Position numbers and translations under genes: made by a program. 64,000 nt of DNA, taken from assembly GCA_903842505.1 (NCBI GenBank), contig CAIMMI010000130.1, forward strand, positions 1,971 to 65,970, in the 5' to 3' direction. Position 1 is the first letter of the stretch. The number at the start of each line of letters is the position of its first letter. The notes beneath the pieces are model-generated. The model had not been told where the DNA came from and ran no database searches. It was given only the letters and a program-made list of their open reading frames with translations. The stretch is from an uncultured Verrucomicrobiota bacterium (GTDB lineage Bacteria; Verrucomicrobiota; Verrucomicrobiia; Limisphaerales; UBA9464). Positions 41,748 to 53,750 of this stretch are shown here, in pieces.

Positions 41748-42707
41748 TCACGCCCCGCTCGACTTCCGAGCCCGCGGATGATGCTTGTCGTGCACGTCCC
41801 GCAACCGCGCCCCGGCCACGTGGGTGTACACCTCCGTGGTCGAGATGCTCGTGTGCCCCAGCAATTCCTGGATCACGCGCAGGTCGGCGCCGTTCTCCAT
41901 CAGATGCGTCGCGAAGCTGTGCCGCAACATGTGCGGCGTGACGTTCCGTCGGATTCCTGACCTTTCCACGCACCGCTTGATCCGGCCCCACAGCGTCACG
42001 TGTGCGAAGGAGGTCCCCCGCTGCGTGAGGAACACGGTCGACGGACTCTTTGCAGTCACCAGCGCCGGACGCCCTGAATCGAGGTAACGGCGGATCGCCG
42101 CCTGGGCCAATTTCCCCACGGGAACCACGCGCTCCTTGTCGCCCTTTCCGATGACCATGATGAAGCCGGATTCCAGGTGAAGCTGCTCCAACCGCAACCC
42201 ACGCAACTCCGCCAGACGCAACCCGCTCGCATACGCCACCTCCAGGACCGCGTGATCGCACAAGGCGGACGGCGTCGCCTCCAACGGCGGCAGCAGCAAC
42301 CGCTCGACGTCCTCCCGCGACAACGCCTTGGGCAGCTGTTTCCAACGCCGCGGCAGACTCAGGTTCTCCGTGGGATCCACCTTCACGAAACCTTCCTCCG
42401 CACAGAACCGGAAGAACGCCCTCAACGCCGCCACCTGAAGATGCAGGCTCGCCGAACTCAGCTTCTTCGGCGCTGCCCCCGGCTTCCCCTTTCCCCGCCC
42501 TGGCCCCGTCACCGGACGATTCCGCTCCGCCTCCAGAAAGCCCATCAGGTGCTGGAAGGTCACGTCCCGCGCCGTGGCGATTCCCTCGGCCTCCGCCCAA
42601 CCCGTGAACCGCCCGAGCATGGCCGAGTACGTCCGCTGGGTGTGCGCGGCCTGGCCGCGCTCGTGCCGGACGTGCACCAGGAACTCCTCCACCAGGTTCG
42701 TCATCAT
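41748..42707 (-). CDS. Tyrosine recombinase, XerC/XerD family
   Basis: The N-terminal SAM-like domain reads [26 protein letters not shown]. The catalytic region reads [52 protein letters not shown] (R..HxxR..Y). Its ATG overlaps the stop of DUF1501 (ATGA). Confidence 0.9.
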   Translation of the reverse strand: MMTNLVEEFLVHVRHERGQAAHTQRTYSAMLGRFTGWAEAEGIATARDVTFQHLMGFLEAERNRPVTGPGRGKGKPGAAPKKLSSASLHLQVAALRAFFRFCAEEGFVKVDPTENLSLPRRWKQLPKALSREDVERLLLPPLEATPSALCDHAVLEVAYASGLRLAELRGLRLEQLHLESGFIMVIGKGDKERVVPVGKLAQAAIRRYLDSGRPALVTAKSPSTVFLTQRGTSFAHVTLWGRIKRCVERSGIRRNVTPHMLRHSFATHLMENGADLRVIQELLGHTSISTTEVYTHVAGARLRDVHDKHHPRARKSSGA

Positions 42708-44191
42708 CCCAGAACCGCCTCCACGACGTTCCCGTGGACATCCGTCAACCGCCGCTCCAGCCCGTTGTGGTAATACGTGAGCCGCTCATGATCCAGGCCC
42801 AGCAGGTGCAGGATCGTCGCGTGCAAGTCGTACACGGTCGCCACGTTCTCCACCGACCGGTACCCGAACTCGTCCGTAGCCCCGTGGCTGAATCCCTTTT
42901 TCACGCCCGCGCCTGCCATCCAGCAGGTGAAGCCGTTCGGGTTGTGATCCCGTCCCTGCGACCCCTTCTGGAACGTGGGCATGCGACCGAACTCCGTGCA
43001 CCACACGACGAGCGTGTCGTCCAGCAACCCACGCTGCTTCAGGTCCAGCAGCAGGCCTGCCGTCGGCTTGTCGAGCACCGGACCGTGCAGGTTATACTGG
43101 TTGAACAGGTCCTTGTGCCCATCCCAGTTGCTCACGCCTTCGCCCCCGGTCTGGTATGCGCCGTTGAACAACTGCACGAACCGCACGCCGCGCTCCACCA
43201 GACGCCGCGCCAGGATGCAGTTCCGCGCATAAGCCGCCCGCGTGTCCTTGAGCTTCGTCCCCGATTCATCCGCCCCGTACATCCGCAGGATATGCTCCGG
43301 CTCGCTCGACAGGTCCGAGATCTCCGGGATGGTCATCTGCATCCGCGCCGCCAACTCATAGCTCGCGATCCGCGCCGCCAGCGCCGAATCCCCCGGAAAC
43401 CGTTCCGCGTGCCGCTCGTTCAAACGCTGCAGGAATCCCCGCGTCGCGTCGTCTCCGTCCGACGTCACGCCACCCGGTCTCGCCAGGTTCCGGATCGGCT
43501 TGGTCGCGTTGAAGTCCGTTCCCTGGAACGCCGCCGGCAGGAATCCCGGCGCCCAGTTGTTCACGCTGTTCTGCGGCTTGCCCCGAGGATCCGGGATCGC
43601 CACGTACGCCGGCAGGCTCTGGTCTTCGCTGCCCAACGCATACGTCACCCACGCCCCCAGGCAGGGAAACCCGTCGAGCGTGTTGCCCGTCGACATGAAA
43701 TTCTCGCCCGGACCATGCGTGTTGGTCTTCCCCTGCATCGAATGGATGAAGCACAGGTCGTCCGCCAATGCCCCGAGATGCGGCACCAGGTCCGAGATCA
43801 TCTTCCCGCTCTGCCCCCGCGGCCGGAATTCCCACGGACTCTTCGTCAGCGCACCCTGCTCGCCCTGGAACGTGATGAGCTTGTCGCTCCCCGGCATCGG
43901 CTGCCCGTGACGCCGGATCAGCTCCGGCTTGTAGTCGAACGTGTCCAACTGGCTGCACGCTCCGCTGCAGAAGATCACCAATACGTTCTTCGCCTTCGGC
44001 GCGAAGTGCGGCGTCCTCGCGGCATACGGACGCCCCGCGTCGATCATCGGCCGCAGCGGTTCCTTGCCCGCCACGCCCGCACCCAGCAGTCCCTGCCGGC
44101 TCAGGATGGACGTCAACGCAATCGCGCCCAGTCCCGTTCCCGCATCGCCCAGGAACCGGCGCCGGTTCATCAATGGATTTCCGTGGTTCAT
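42704..44191 (-). CDS. DUF1501 (sulfatase-like fold) protein with a Tat signal
   Basis: I use the internal ATG at 44191, which overlaps the upstream stop. [26 protein letters not shown] is a twin-arginine signal. Family blocks are [40 protein letters not shown] and [16 protein letters not shown]. Confidence 0.9.
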   Translation of the reverse strand: MNHGNPLMNRRRFLGDAGTGLGAIALTSILSRQGLLGAGVAGKEPLRPMIDAGRPYAARTPHFAPKAKNVLVIFCSGACSQLDTFDYKPELIRRHGQPMPGSDKLITFQGEQGALTKSPWEFRPRGQSGKMISDLVPHLGALADDLCFIHSMQGKTNTHGPGENFMSTGNTLDGFPCLGAWVTYALGSEDQSLPAYVAIPDPRGKPQNSVNNWAPGFLPAAFQGTDFNATKPIRNLARPGGVTSDGDDATRGFLQRLNERHAERFPGDSALAARIASYELAARMQMTIPEISDLSSEPEHILRMYGADESGTKLKDTRAAYARNCILARRLVERGVRFVQLFNGAYQTGGEGVSNWDGHKDLFNQYNLHGPVLDKPTAGLLLDLKQRGLLDDTLVVWCTEFGRMPTFQKGSQGRDHNPNGFTCWMAGAGVKKGFSHGATDEFGYRSVENVATVYDLHATILHLLGLDHERLTYYHNGLERRLTDVHGNVVEAVLG

Positions 44192-46776
44192 GGAATGAAA
44201 AGGAATTCGTTCGAGTTCAACACCGCGCGGCACAACGCCGCCCCGCCCCGCTCCCGCACGAAGCGCTCTGCCTCCCGCAACTCCCCGGCGTCCGGCTCCC
44301 GCTGGAATACCAGTTGCCACACCCGACGCACCTGCGCCCCAGCTTCGTCGCCCGACTCCTTCGCCACCCGCGTCGACAGGATCGATGCCTGCTGCTGCAC
44401 GAAACGGCTGTTGAAAAGGTTCAAGGCCTGCAACGGCGTCGTCGACAGACTGCGCCGCGGTATCACCAGGCTGCCGTCCGGACAGTCGAACGATCCGAAG
44501 ATCCCGTCCTGCTCCATCCGAACCTTGTACGCATAGACCATCCGACGCCACTCGCTGGCGCCGAACTCTTCCTTCGGGTGGTAGTGATACACGTTTTCCC
44601 GGTCCACCTCATGGAGGTGGAAACTCGGCCCGCCGATCGTCCGATCGAGGTTCCCGCTCACCGCCAGCATCCCGTCCCGGATCGCCTCCGCCTCCAGGCG
44701 TCGCGGCGGAAACCGCCACAGCAGCCGGGTCGCGCCATCCACCCGCAACGCTTCCGTCCGCGGCCGACTCGACTGCCGCCACGTCGCACTCGTGAGGATC
44801 AGCCGATGGAGTTGCTTGATTGACCACGGCCGGGCCGCCTTGTCGCCGCCGCCGGTTCCACCGCCCGGCTTCATGAACTCCGCCGCCAACCAGTCCAGCA
44901 GCTCCGGATGCGTCGGCCGCGTCCCGTTCTTTCCAAAGTCATTCGGCGTATCCACCAACCCCACTCCGAAGTGATGCTGCCAGACCCGGTTCACCATCAC
45001 CCGCGCCGTCAGCGGATTCTCCGGGCTCGCGATCCAGTCGGCCAATTGCACCCGACGCTCCTGCTCGGGCGCGTTCGTCGACAGCGTCAACGGCCGGAAG
45101 ATCGCCAGCGTCGCCGGCGCCACCGTCTCCCGCGGTTGCATCGCATCGCCACGATGGAACCGCCGGATCTCCGCCGGCTTTCCGAAGTTCCCCGCATAGA
45201 CACTGGGCCCGCGGGCCGCCGCGTCCCGTTCCTTCTTCGCCTTCTCCAACTCCGCCAGCCAAACGCGTCCCTCCGTCGCCTCCGCCTCCGGCAACCCGTC
45301 GAACACATAGACCGGCCCTGACGGCTTCGTGGTCCCTCCCTTGAATTCCGCCCGGTCCACCGACGACGCCACCGTCGTCCACCGCGTCCCGTCGATCGAA
45401 GCCTCGATCCGGTAGGTCGTCGCCACGCGATCGCCGAAATTACCGTCGCGGTCGCGGCCCCAGACGATGCGGTCGATCTTCGCCGACTTCGCCAACTCGA
45501 GCTGCACCCAGCCTTTTCCAGATTCATTGGAAATCCACGAACGCGGATTCCCCGCCTTGCCGTCGTTGAGGTGTTCGAGCTTGTGGATCTCGTATCCCGA
45601 CAAAGAACCGGAAGCCGTCGCCTTCGTGCCACGACTGGCCAGCGCCACGTTCACGTCCCCGGACCACACTTCGAGCTCGTCGATGCAGGGCTCGCCGCCG
45701 CTCGTCGCCTCGATCGTGAACCGCACCAGCCTCGCCTCCAGCGGCTGGATCACCTCTTCGTTGATCCGAGCCTGCACCGCCGGACGGATGCGCCCGACCA
45801 CGCTCGTCCCCGGCTTCGCCACCGACGGTTTCGCCAGGAACCTTTGCATCCGCACCTCCAACTCGCGCACCCGTCCTTCGAGCACTTCGAGTCGAGCCTT
45901 CTGCTCCGGCGGTATCGGCAACGCCCGATCCCCATGCTGGACCCCGGCAAACATCGCCGCCATCGAGTAATACTCGCCGTGCCCGATCGGATCGAACTTG
46001 TGCGAGTGACACCGCGCGCAACCCACGGTCAACCCCAGGAACGCCGTACCCGTCGTCGCCACCATGTCGTCCAGTTCGTCCGCACGCTGCTGCGCCGTCA
46101 GGACCGGATCCGGGCTCTTGACGATATCGAGCGCCCCGCCCACCAGAAACCCAGTCCCCACATCGACGCCCAAGGCGTCCCCCGCCAACTGCTCGCGGAT
46201 GAACCGGTCGTAGGGCTTGTCCTCGTTGAATGCCGCAATGACGTAATCCCGGAACCGCCACGCATTCGGCCGTTCCCGATTCGTCTCGAACCCGTTCGTC
46301 TCAGCAAACCGGATCACGTCCAGCCAGTGCCGGCCCCACCGTTCGCCATAGCGGGAATCCTCCAGCACCCGGTCCACCAACCGTTCGAATGCCTGTTCGC
46401 CCCGGTCCCCCACGAAGGCCGCCACCTCCTCCGGACTCGGCGGCAGCCCCAACATCACCAGATAAACCCGTCGGATCAGCGTCACCCGATCCGCCTCTGG
46501 CGACATCGTCAACCCGTCCGTCCGCAACCTCGCCCCCACGAACGCATCCACCGCATTCCCATTCCCCGGCACAGCCGGACGGCTCACCGGTTGGAATGCC
46601 CAGTGCGACACCTTTTCATCCGCCGCCGGCGCAGGAGCAGTGGTCCCCGCGTTCTCCGCGGCATTCATCACCATTGACGAAACCGCCAACTGGCATGCCG
46701 CCACCCAACTCGCCATCGCGCGAAATCGTCGGAGCCCAGCTCCGCCATCTCCGTTCTTCAGGGCCATGCGCGACAT
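44188..46776 (-). CDS. PSD1-type protein: DUF1549 + F5/8 type C (discoidin) insert + DUF1553
   Basis: The DUF1549-like block reads [21 protein letters not shown]...[14 protein letters not shown]. The heme-less CxxCH-like context is [11 protein letters not shown]. The discoidin-like block reads [22 protein letters not shown]...[17 protein letters not shown]...[15 protein letters not shown]. The DUF1553-like C-terminus reads [18 protein letters not shown]. An alternative start lies at 46716. Confidence 0.88.
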   Translation of the reverse strand: MSRMALKNGDGGAGLRRFRAMASWVAACQLAVSSMVMNAAENAGTTAPAPAADEKVSHWAFQPVSRPAVPGNGNAVDAFVGARLRTDGLTMSPEADRVTLIRRVYLVMLGLPPSPEEVAAFVGDRGEQAFERLVDRVLEDSRYGERWGRHWLDVIRFAETNGFETNRERPNAWRFRDYVIAAFNEDKPYDRFIREQLAGDALGVDVGTGFLVGGALDIVKSPDPVLTAQQRADELDDMVATTGTAFLGLTVGCARCHSHKFDPIGHGEYYSMAAMFAGVQHGDRALPIPPEQKARLEVLEGRVRELEVRMQRFLAKPSVAKPGTSVVGRIRPAVQARINEEVIQPLEARLVRFTIEATSGGEPCIDELEVWSGDVNVALASRGTKATASGSLSGYEIHKLEHLNDGKAGNPRSWISNESGKGWVQLELAKSAKIDRIVWGRDRDGNFGDRVATTYRIEASIDGTRWTTVASSVDRAEFKGGTTKPSGPVYVFDGLPEAEATEGRVWLAELEKAKKERDAAARGPSVYAGNFGKPAEIRRFHRGDAMQPRETVAPATLAIFRPLTLSTNAPEQERRVQLADWIASPENPLTARVMVNRVWQHHFGVGLVDTPNDFGKNGTRPTHPELLDWLAAEFMKPGGGTGGGDKAARPWSIKQLHRLILTSATWRQSSRPRTEALRVDGATRLLWRFPPRRLEAEAIRDGMLAVSGNLDRTIGGPSFHLHEVDRENVYHYHPKEEFGASEWRRMVYAYKVRMEQDGIFGSFDCPDGSLVIPRRSLSTTPLQALNLFNSRFVQQQASILSTRVAKESGDEAGAQVRRVWQLVFQREPDAGELREAERFVRERGGAALCRAVLNSNEFLFIP

Positions 46777-46831
46777 TCAACAGCATCTCCATACCCCATG
46801 GGGAGACTTCAGTTGGGGGATGTCGGGTGGG

Positions 46832-46897
46832 AGTTTCCAGTTCCCAGATGCCAGTTCCCAGAGGCAACTGACCTCTGACCTCTGACCTCTGGCAACT
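46832..46897. repeat. Two adjacent heptad tracts in a divergent promoter region
   Basis: The tracts are cagttcc cagatgc cagttcc cagaggc, then tgacctc tgacctc tgacctc. They lie between the PSD1 start (46776, minus) and the MoxR start (47020, plus). Confidence 0.75.
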
Positions 46898-47019
46898 CCC
46901 CCCGAACTCCTCCCGAACTTTTTGGCCCCATCGGGAGTCTGGGATGGCATCCGATCCGAAGCCGGAGTCCAATCGAGAATCGTCCCGGCCACGTAGAGAT
47001 CATCTGTTTCCAGCACCGC

Positions 47020-48063
<1,044 letters not shown>

Positions 48064-48077
48064 ACCCGGGATCCCCC

Positions 48078-48971
48078 TTGAATCCTCCGGCCCCACTCGT
48101 CCTCGACGCCCGCGCCCTCGCCGCCGCGGAGGACCTGCCCCTGCTCGCGGGAATCATCGTCGAAGGCTTCCTCGACGGACTCCACCGCAGTCCGTTCCTC
48201 GGCTATTCCACCGAGTTCTCCTCCTACCGGCAGTACGCCCCCGGCGACAACCTCCGCCACCTCGACTGGAAGGTCTGGGCCCGCACCGACCAACTCTATA
48301 TCCGCCAGTTCGAGGACGACACCAACCTCCGCTGCCAGATCCTCCTCGATACCTCGGGCTCGATGGACTTCGGCGCCGACGCCACGAATAAATTCCGCTA
48401 CGCCCGCATCCTCGCCGCCGTCCTTGCCCAGCTCATGGTCCGCCAGCGCGATGCCCCCGGGCTCGTGCTCTTCGGGCCCGACGCACGTCAGGCCCTGCCC
48501 GCCCGCGCTTCCCGGATGCACGCCATGGAGGTGTTCGCCCTCCTCGCCAACGCCCAGGCCGGTGGCACGACGCAACTCGGACTCGACCTCGCTGGCATCA
48601 CCCAGACCTTCGTCCGGCGCGGGCTCGTTGTCGTCATCTCCGACTTCTTCACGGACGAAGCCGCCACCTTTGATCTCCTGCGCAACCTCCACGGCCAAGG
48701 TCAGGAGGTCCTCGTCTTCCACGTCCTCGCCCCCGAGGAACTCGACCTCGCCTTCGATGGCGAGTTCATCATGGAGGACGCCGAGACCGGCGAGGAGATC
48801 GTCATCGATGCCGAATCCGCCCGCGCCGGCTTCAAGGCCCGCGTCACCGAATTCTGCGACCGCATCCGCTCCCAGTGCCTCCGCCTCGAGGCCGACTACC
48901 AACTCCTCCGGACCGACCAACCCCTCGACGCCGCCCTGATCCGCTACCTCGAGAAACGCGCCTCGGTCTGA
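48078..48971 (+). CDS. DUF58 domain protein (MoxR partner, vWA-like)
   Basis: It has a TTG start. Motifs are FLGYSTEFSSYRQYAPGDNLRHLDWKVWARTDQLYIRQFEDD and LLDTSGSM. Confidence 0.88.
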   Translation: MNPPAPLVLDARALAAAEDLPLLAGIIVEGFLDGLHRSPFLGYSTEFSSYRQYAPGDNLRHLDWKVWARTDQLYIRQFEDDTNLRCQILLDTSGSMDFGADATNKFRYARILAAVLAQLMVRQRDAPGLVLFGPDARQALPARASRMHAMEVFALLANAQAGGTTQLGLDLAGITQTFVRRGLVVVISDFFTDEAATFDLLRNLHGQGQEVLVFHVLAPEELDLAFDGEFIMEDAETGEEIVIDAESARAGFKARVTEFCDRIRSQCLRLEADYQLLRTDQPLDAALIRYLEKRASV

Positions 48972-48977
48972 CCGCCC

Positions 48978-51101
48978 ATGCCTTTCCTCCTCTCCAATCC
49001 GATCCTGCTCGCCGCGCTCGCCGGCATTGGCATCCCCATCGCCGTCCACCTCCTGATGAAGCGCAAGCAGGTGCGGATGCGCTTCAGCACCGTCCGCTTC
49101 TTCGTCCAGGACGAACCCAAGGCCCGATCCAAGCGCAAGCTCCAGAACCTCCTCCTGCTCCTGCTCCGACTCCTCGTCTTCGCGCTCATCGTCCTCGCCT
49201 TCACCCGCCCCTTCCTGCCCCTCGGCGCCGGGGCCGGTCGTCGCAACCCAAAGCAATTGGTTGTCGTCCTCGACCGCTCCCTGAGCATGCAGGCCCGCGA
49301 CGGCACCGGCACCCGATGGGACGCCGCCCGCAACCGCATCCGACAGCAGCTCGACTCCCTCGTGCCGACGGACCGCGTCGCCCTCGTCACCACCGCCGCC
49401 CGCACCGAGACCGTCGCCCTGTTTTCACCTCCGTCGGTCGTCGCCGCCAAACTCTCGGAACTCACCCCAAACCACACTGCCGGCGACCTCGCCCCCGGCC
49501 TCCGCGAAGCCGTCCGACTCCTCACCCAGGCCGAACGCGGACCCGATCCCTCGATCCTCCTCGTCAGCGACCTGCAAAGGGACGCCGTCCAAGGTCTCGA
49601 CTCAACCCCGGTCCCGCCGGGCGTCGATCTCCGGGTTGTTGCCATCGGTGACCTCCTCGTCCCGAACCTCTCGGTCTCCGACCTCCGCCTCGACTCTGGC
49701 GAGACCAACCGCCCCTTCGTCACCGTTGCCAGTCATTCGGACGAACCGGCGAAGTCCCTCGAAGCCCGCCTGTCCGTCGACGGCAAACCCGTCTGGACCC
49801 GCCCGCTTGCCCTCGGCCCCGGTGCCTCCACCAACCTCGCCCTCGACCTCCCACCCCTTCCTCAGGGTTGGCACCAGGCCGAGGTCCGGCTCACCCAGGA
49901 CGACAACCTCACCTCCGACAACGCCCGTTCCGCCGTCTTCTACGTGCCCCCGCCCATCCGTGTCCTCCTCGTCGAGGGACGCCGCGGTGTCCGGAGCTTC
50001 GAGGAGCAATCCTTCTTCCTGGCCGCTGCCCTCGACCCGAACGCCGGAACCACCAACGCTACGGCGAACCGCTTCCGCGTCGAGAAGGTCGACCCCAACC
50101 AACTCGCCACCCGCCTCGCCCTGCCCGCCTCCTCCCAGGGGGCCGCCACCAACGTCGCCGCCCGCATTCCCTTCGACGCCGTCTTCCTCCCCGCCCAACG
50201 CTCCTTGCCTCCCGGCGCTCCGGACGCCCTCGCCCGCTTCGTCCAGGCCGGCGGTGGCCTCGCCCTCTTCGTCAGCCCCGATCTCGTTCCCACCACGTTC
50301 AACAACACCTTCGGCGACCTCCTCCCCGCCCAACTGCTCCGATCTGAATCCGCCGAGATCGAAAGCCCGTGGCGACTCGGCCTGGTCGACCGTTCCAATC
50401 CCGTCTTCGACGCCTTCAAGCTCCCCAACAGCGGCAACCTCGCCATCCCCGAGTTCCTCCGCCGCTTCGCCCTCGAACCCGCCCGTGGAACTCCCGTCTT
50501 CGCCCGCTTCGACGACGGCATGCCCGCCGTCCTCAACCGCTCCGTCGGCGCCGGTCGCGTCCTCCTGATCAACGCGTCGCCGGACAACACCGGATCCGAC
50601 TGGCCCAAGCACAAGACCTTCGTCCCCACCATCCACGGCATCGCCCGACACCTCGCCGGCCGCACCGACGACCGTCTCCTCCTCGCCGGCCTCGCGGTCA
50701 CCCTTGGCGACGAGGCGGAACTCCCCGCCCCCACCGGCGAATCCTCGAACCGAAAGCTCGTCGACCCCGACGGACGCGAACGCACCGCTCCGCCCGAGGA
50801 AGCCGGCCTGCTCCACCTCGAGCCCGACCTCCCCGGCGTCTGGTCCCTCCGCGAAACCAACGGTGCCCCGATCCTCCAACTCGCCGCCCAACTCCCGCCC
50901 GCGGAATCCGTCCTCGAATCCGCCCGTGCCGACGACATCACCCGCCGCATTCCGCGTCGCGATCCCGCCGCCACCGGCGGCCTCGCCGCAGAATGGACGG
51001 GCAACGACCGCCAGCGACTCGAGTACTGGCGACCCCTGCTCCTCGCCGCCATCGTCCTTCTCCTCGCCGAAACCCTCGTGGCCAACCGGTCCACCACCTG
51101 A
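48978..51101 (+). CDS. BatA-like membrane protein (N-terminal double-TM aerotolerance domain + vWA-like + large extracytoplasmic region + C-terminal TM)
   Basis: The BatA_N-type start is MPFLLSNPILLAALAGIGIPIAVHLLMKRK....LLLLLLRLLVFALIVLAFTRPF. The MIDAS-like motif is VVVLDRSLSM. A C-terminal TM reads WRPLLLAAIVLLLAETLVANR. Confidence 0.85.
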   Translation: MPFLLSNPILLAALAGIGIPIAVHLLMKRKQVRMRFSTVRFFVQDEPKARSKRKLQNLLLLLLRLLVFALIVLAFTRPFLPLGAGAGRRNPKQLVVVLDRSLSMQARDGTGTRWDAARNRIRQQLDSLVPTDRVALVTTAARTETVALFSPPSVVAAKLSELTPNHTAGDLAPGLREAVRLLTQAERGPDPSILLVSDLQRDAVQGLDSTPVPPGVDLRVVAIGDLLVPNLSVSDLRLDSGETNRPFVTVASHSDEPAKSLEARLSVDGKPVWTRPLALGPGASTNLALDLPPLPQGWHQAEVRLTQDDNLTSDNARSAVFYVPPPIRVLLVEGRRGVRSFEEQSFFLAAALDPNAGTTNATANRFRVEKVDPNQLATRLALPASSQGAATNVAARIPFDAVFLPAQRSLPPGAPDALARFVQAGGGLALFVSPDLVPTTFNNTFGDLLPAQLLRSESAEIESPWRLGLVDRSNPVFDAFKLPNSGNLAIPEFLRRFALEPARGTPVFARFDDGMPAVLNRSVGAGRVLLINASPDNTGSDWPKHKTFVPTIHGIARHLAGRTDDRLLLAGLAVTLGDEAELPAPTGESSNRKLVDPDGRERTAPPEEAGLLHLEPDLPGVWSLRETNGAPILQLAAQLPPAESVLESARADDITRRIPRRDPAATGGLAAEWTGNDRQRLEYWRPLLLAAIVLLLAETLVANRSTT

Positions 51102-51111
51102 CGCCCACGCC

Positions 51112-53733
51112 ATGACGCCCATTTCCGATCCCATCGCCCGCGAACGCCTCGAAGCCGCCGCCCGGCGCAAGGACGACGCCCGACGCCGCCGCGTTCTTGT
51201 CGTCACCGTCGCCAGCGTCGGTGCCGTCCTGCTCGCCTGTGCCAGCCTCGACTCCGTATTCACCCTGCCCCGCGCCGCGCGCTGGGCCGGCCTCGCCCTC
51301 TGGCTCGCCACCGCCGCCTGGGGTGCCCTCCGCATTTCCCGACTCCGCCACACCCCGACCCGCGTCGAGGAAGCCGCCCAGGATGCCGAGACCCATCGCC
51401 CTGACCTCGGATGCGAGGTGTCCACCGCCGCCGAATACGTCACCGGTGCCCGCACCCCGACCCGCGAGTACGAACCGGAAATCGCCGCCGCCCTCCAGCA
51501 ACAGGCGTCCCTTCACCTCGCCTCGGTCCAGGTTCCTTACGCCCAAACGCTCGTCCGCCCCGTCCTCTGGGGTGCTGTCGCCGTCGCCACGGCCATCGTC
51601 GCCTTCGCGTTGTTTGCACCGGGTGGATTCATCTCCCTCCTCCGCGCCACCGTTCCCTGGTCCAACGCCAGCCACACCCGGATCCGACCCAGCCTCGGCA
51701 ACGCCGAATTTGCCAGCGGCACGCAACTCACCCTCACCAACCAACTCGGTGGACGCATCCCGCGCGAAGCCCGCTTTGAATTCCGCGAGGATGGCTCCAA
51801 CAACTGGCAATCCGTCATCCTCCCCGTCAACCAGGCCACTGCCCTGCACCCGATCACCGTCAACAAGCCCCTTGTCTGGCGGGTCGCTGCCGGCGATGCC
51901 GTCACGCCCGAATTCCGCCTCGAAGCCTACACCCCTGCCGCCGTCCGCGGCCTTGCCATCCGGATCGCCCCGCCCGCCTACACCCGACTCCCCGCCTTCG
52001 AACAGCGTTCCCCCGCCATCACCACCCTCCGCGGCAGCCGCGCCCTCTTCCGTCTCGACCCCAACGTCCCGCTCTCCACCGCCGCCCTCCGTTTCACCAA
52101 CGGCGTGGTCCTCCCGCTGACCCGCGTCACCAACGATCTCTGGTCCGCCGAACTCACCGTCACCAACGACAACGCCTACTCCTTCGTCCTCGCCGATTCC
52201 CGCGGCCGCCCCGGTCTCGATCGTTCCCTCCATCGCGTCCGCGCCCTCCCCGACGAACCGCCGAAGATCGAGATCACCCAACCCGGCCAGGACATCCGCG
52301 CCAATCCCACCAACACGGTTCCGCTCCGGATCGAGGCTTCCGACGACTTCGGCATCGCCTCCGTCCGCCTCGTCTTCCACAAGCTCGGCCAACCCGAACG
52401 CGAGGTCGCCCTCGACGTCTCCGCCTTCAAGGACGGTAAGCTGACCACTGCCGCCGAGATCGCCCTCGCTCCGCTCCAACTCCGCGAATACGAACTCGTC
52501 GCCTACCACGCCGAGGCCCGCGACAACAATGCCTTCGACGGACCCGGCGTCGGCCGTTCCTCGACGTACTTCATCGAGGTCACCGACAAGGTCTCCCAGC
52601 CCTCGCCCAAGGCCCAGTCGCAGGGCAAGTCCGAGAAGGTCAACCTGCTCGCCATCCAGAAGCAGATCATGGCCGACACCGCAGCCTCTCCGGACGCCCC
52701 CGCCGCCAAGTCCCGCGAACTCGCCCAACGCCAGCGCGACGCCCTTGAGTTCGCCCGGATGTACCAGACTTCCCTTGCCCAGAACGGCGCGCCCATCGAA
52801 GCCCAGGGCCTGATGAACGCCGCCGTCGAAAACATGGAGAAGGCCGCCTCCACCCTCGACAAGGCCCAGACCCGACAGGCCGTCCCGCCCGAGGAAGCCG
52901 CCCTCGCCGCCCTCTACCAGACGGTGCGCGCCATGCCGCAACTCCAGAACCTCCCCACCCGCCCGCAGCGCCCGCAGGCCCAGCAACCGCCCCCGCCTCC
53001 CTCCGTCCGCGTCGTCCTCGAGGAGATCCAGAAGAAGAAGGACCCCGAAGCCGACCCGAAGGAAATCGAGGCGGCCCTCGCCGAACTCGAGAAGATGGCC
53101 GAGACCCAGGCCGAACTTGCTGCCGCCGCCGAAGCTGCCGCCAACGGCGAGGCCGAAGCCGAACGCGAAACACCCCCCGGCAACGACCGCAACGAAGGCT
53201 CCGGCAAGGACCCATCCCAGTCGCCTTCGAAGTCCCAGGCCTCGAAGCCCGCCCAGGCCGCCCCCCCCTCCAAGGGCAAGGGTAAGGGCAAAGGCAAAGG
53301 TCAAGGCGAGGGCCAGGGCCAGGGCGAAGCCCCACCCAAAGATCAGACCGATCCGTCCGATCCATCGGCCAAGCCCCCCCTCCAACAACTCGCCCCAAAA
53401 CAGGACGCCCTCTCCAAACGCGCCCAGGAACTCGCCGAACGCCTTAACCGCACCCTTGCCCAAGGCCAGCGCGCCGGCCCGAACCCCGGTGAGGGCCTCC
53501 GCAAGACCGCCCAACAGATGCGCGAGGCCGCCAAAGCCATGCGCTCCGGAAATGCCGGTGCCGCCAATGCCGCCGGTGCCAACAGCGGGGCCGGTCTCCA
53601 GTCCACCATCGCCACCCTCGAACGCATGCTCGAAGGCCGCGCCACCCTCTCGGACGTTTCCGCCGAGGAAGCTCCCACCCGCTACGAAGGCCCGATCTCC
53701 GACTACTTCCGCCGCCTCTCCCGCGCCGAGTGA
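51112..53733 (+). CDS. Membrane protein of the MoxR/BatA operon (DUF4175-like) with a low-complexity coiled/charged C-terminal half
   Basis: I use the internal ATG at 51112. It has two to three N-terminal TM segments (VLVVTVASVGAVLLACASL; WAGLALWLATAAWGAL; VLWGAVAVATAIVAFALF), a beta-rich middle, and a tail with PPPPPS, AAAEAAANGEAEAE and SKGKGKGKGKGQGEGQGQGE. It starts 11 nt after the upstream stop. Confidence 0.75.
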   Translation: MTPISDPIARERLEAAARRKDDARRRRVLVVTVASVGAVLLACASLDSVFTLPRAARWAGLALWLATAAWGALRISRLRHTPTRVEEAAQDAETHRPDLGCEVSTAAEYVTGARTPTREYEPEIAAALQQQASLHLASVQVPYAQTLVRPVLWGAVAVATAIVAFALFAPGGFISLLRATVPWSNASHTRIRPSLGNAEFASGTQLTLTNQLGGRIPREARFEFREDGSNNWQSVILPVNQATALHPITVNKPLVWRVAAGDAVTPEFRLEAYTPAAVRGLAIRIAPPAYTRLPAFEQRSPAITTLRGSRALFRLDPNVPLSTAALRFTNGVVLPLTRVTNDLWSAELTVTNDNAYSFVLADSRGRPGLDRSLHRVRALPDEPPKIEITQPGQDIRANPTNTVPLRIEASDDFGIASVRLVFHKLGQPEREVALDVSAFKDGKLTTAAEIALAPLQLREYELVAYHAEARDNNAFDGPGVGRSSTYFIEVTDKVSQPSPKAQSQGKSEKVNLLAIQKQIMADTAASPDAPAAKSRELAQRQRDALEFARMYQTSLAQNGAPIEAQGLMNAAVENMEKAASTLDKAQTRQAVPPEEAALAALYQTVRAMPQLQNLPTRPQRPQAQQPPPPPSVRVVLEEIQKKKDPEADPKEIEAALAELEKMAETQAELAAAAEAAANGEAEAERETPPGNDRNEGSGKDPSQSPSKSQASKPAQAAPPSKGKGKGKGKGQGEGQGQGEAPPKDQTDPSDPSAKPPLQQLAPKQDALSKRAQELAERLNRTLAQGQRAGPNPGEGLRKTAQQMREAAKAMRSGNAGAANAAGANSGAGLQSTIATLERMLEGRATLSDVSAEEAPTRYEGPISDYFRRLSRAE

Positions 53734-53750
53734 TCCCGCACCCAGTCCCC

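Noticed and set aside
41748-42707. The tyrosine recombinase as a marker of an integrated mobile element or genomic island
   Set aside because: The domain layout is the XerC/XerD housekeeping type. I saw no flanking phage or conjugation genes, tRNA, att-like direct repeats or compositional break. I therefore treat it as a chromosomal Xer gene and note the unusual coupling as a finding.
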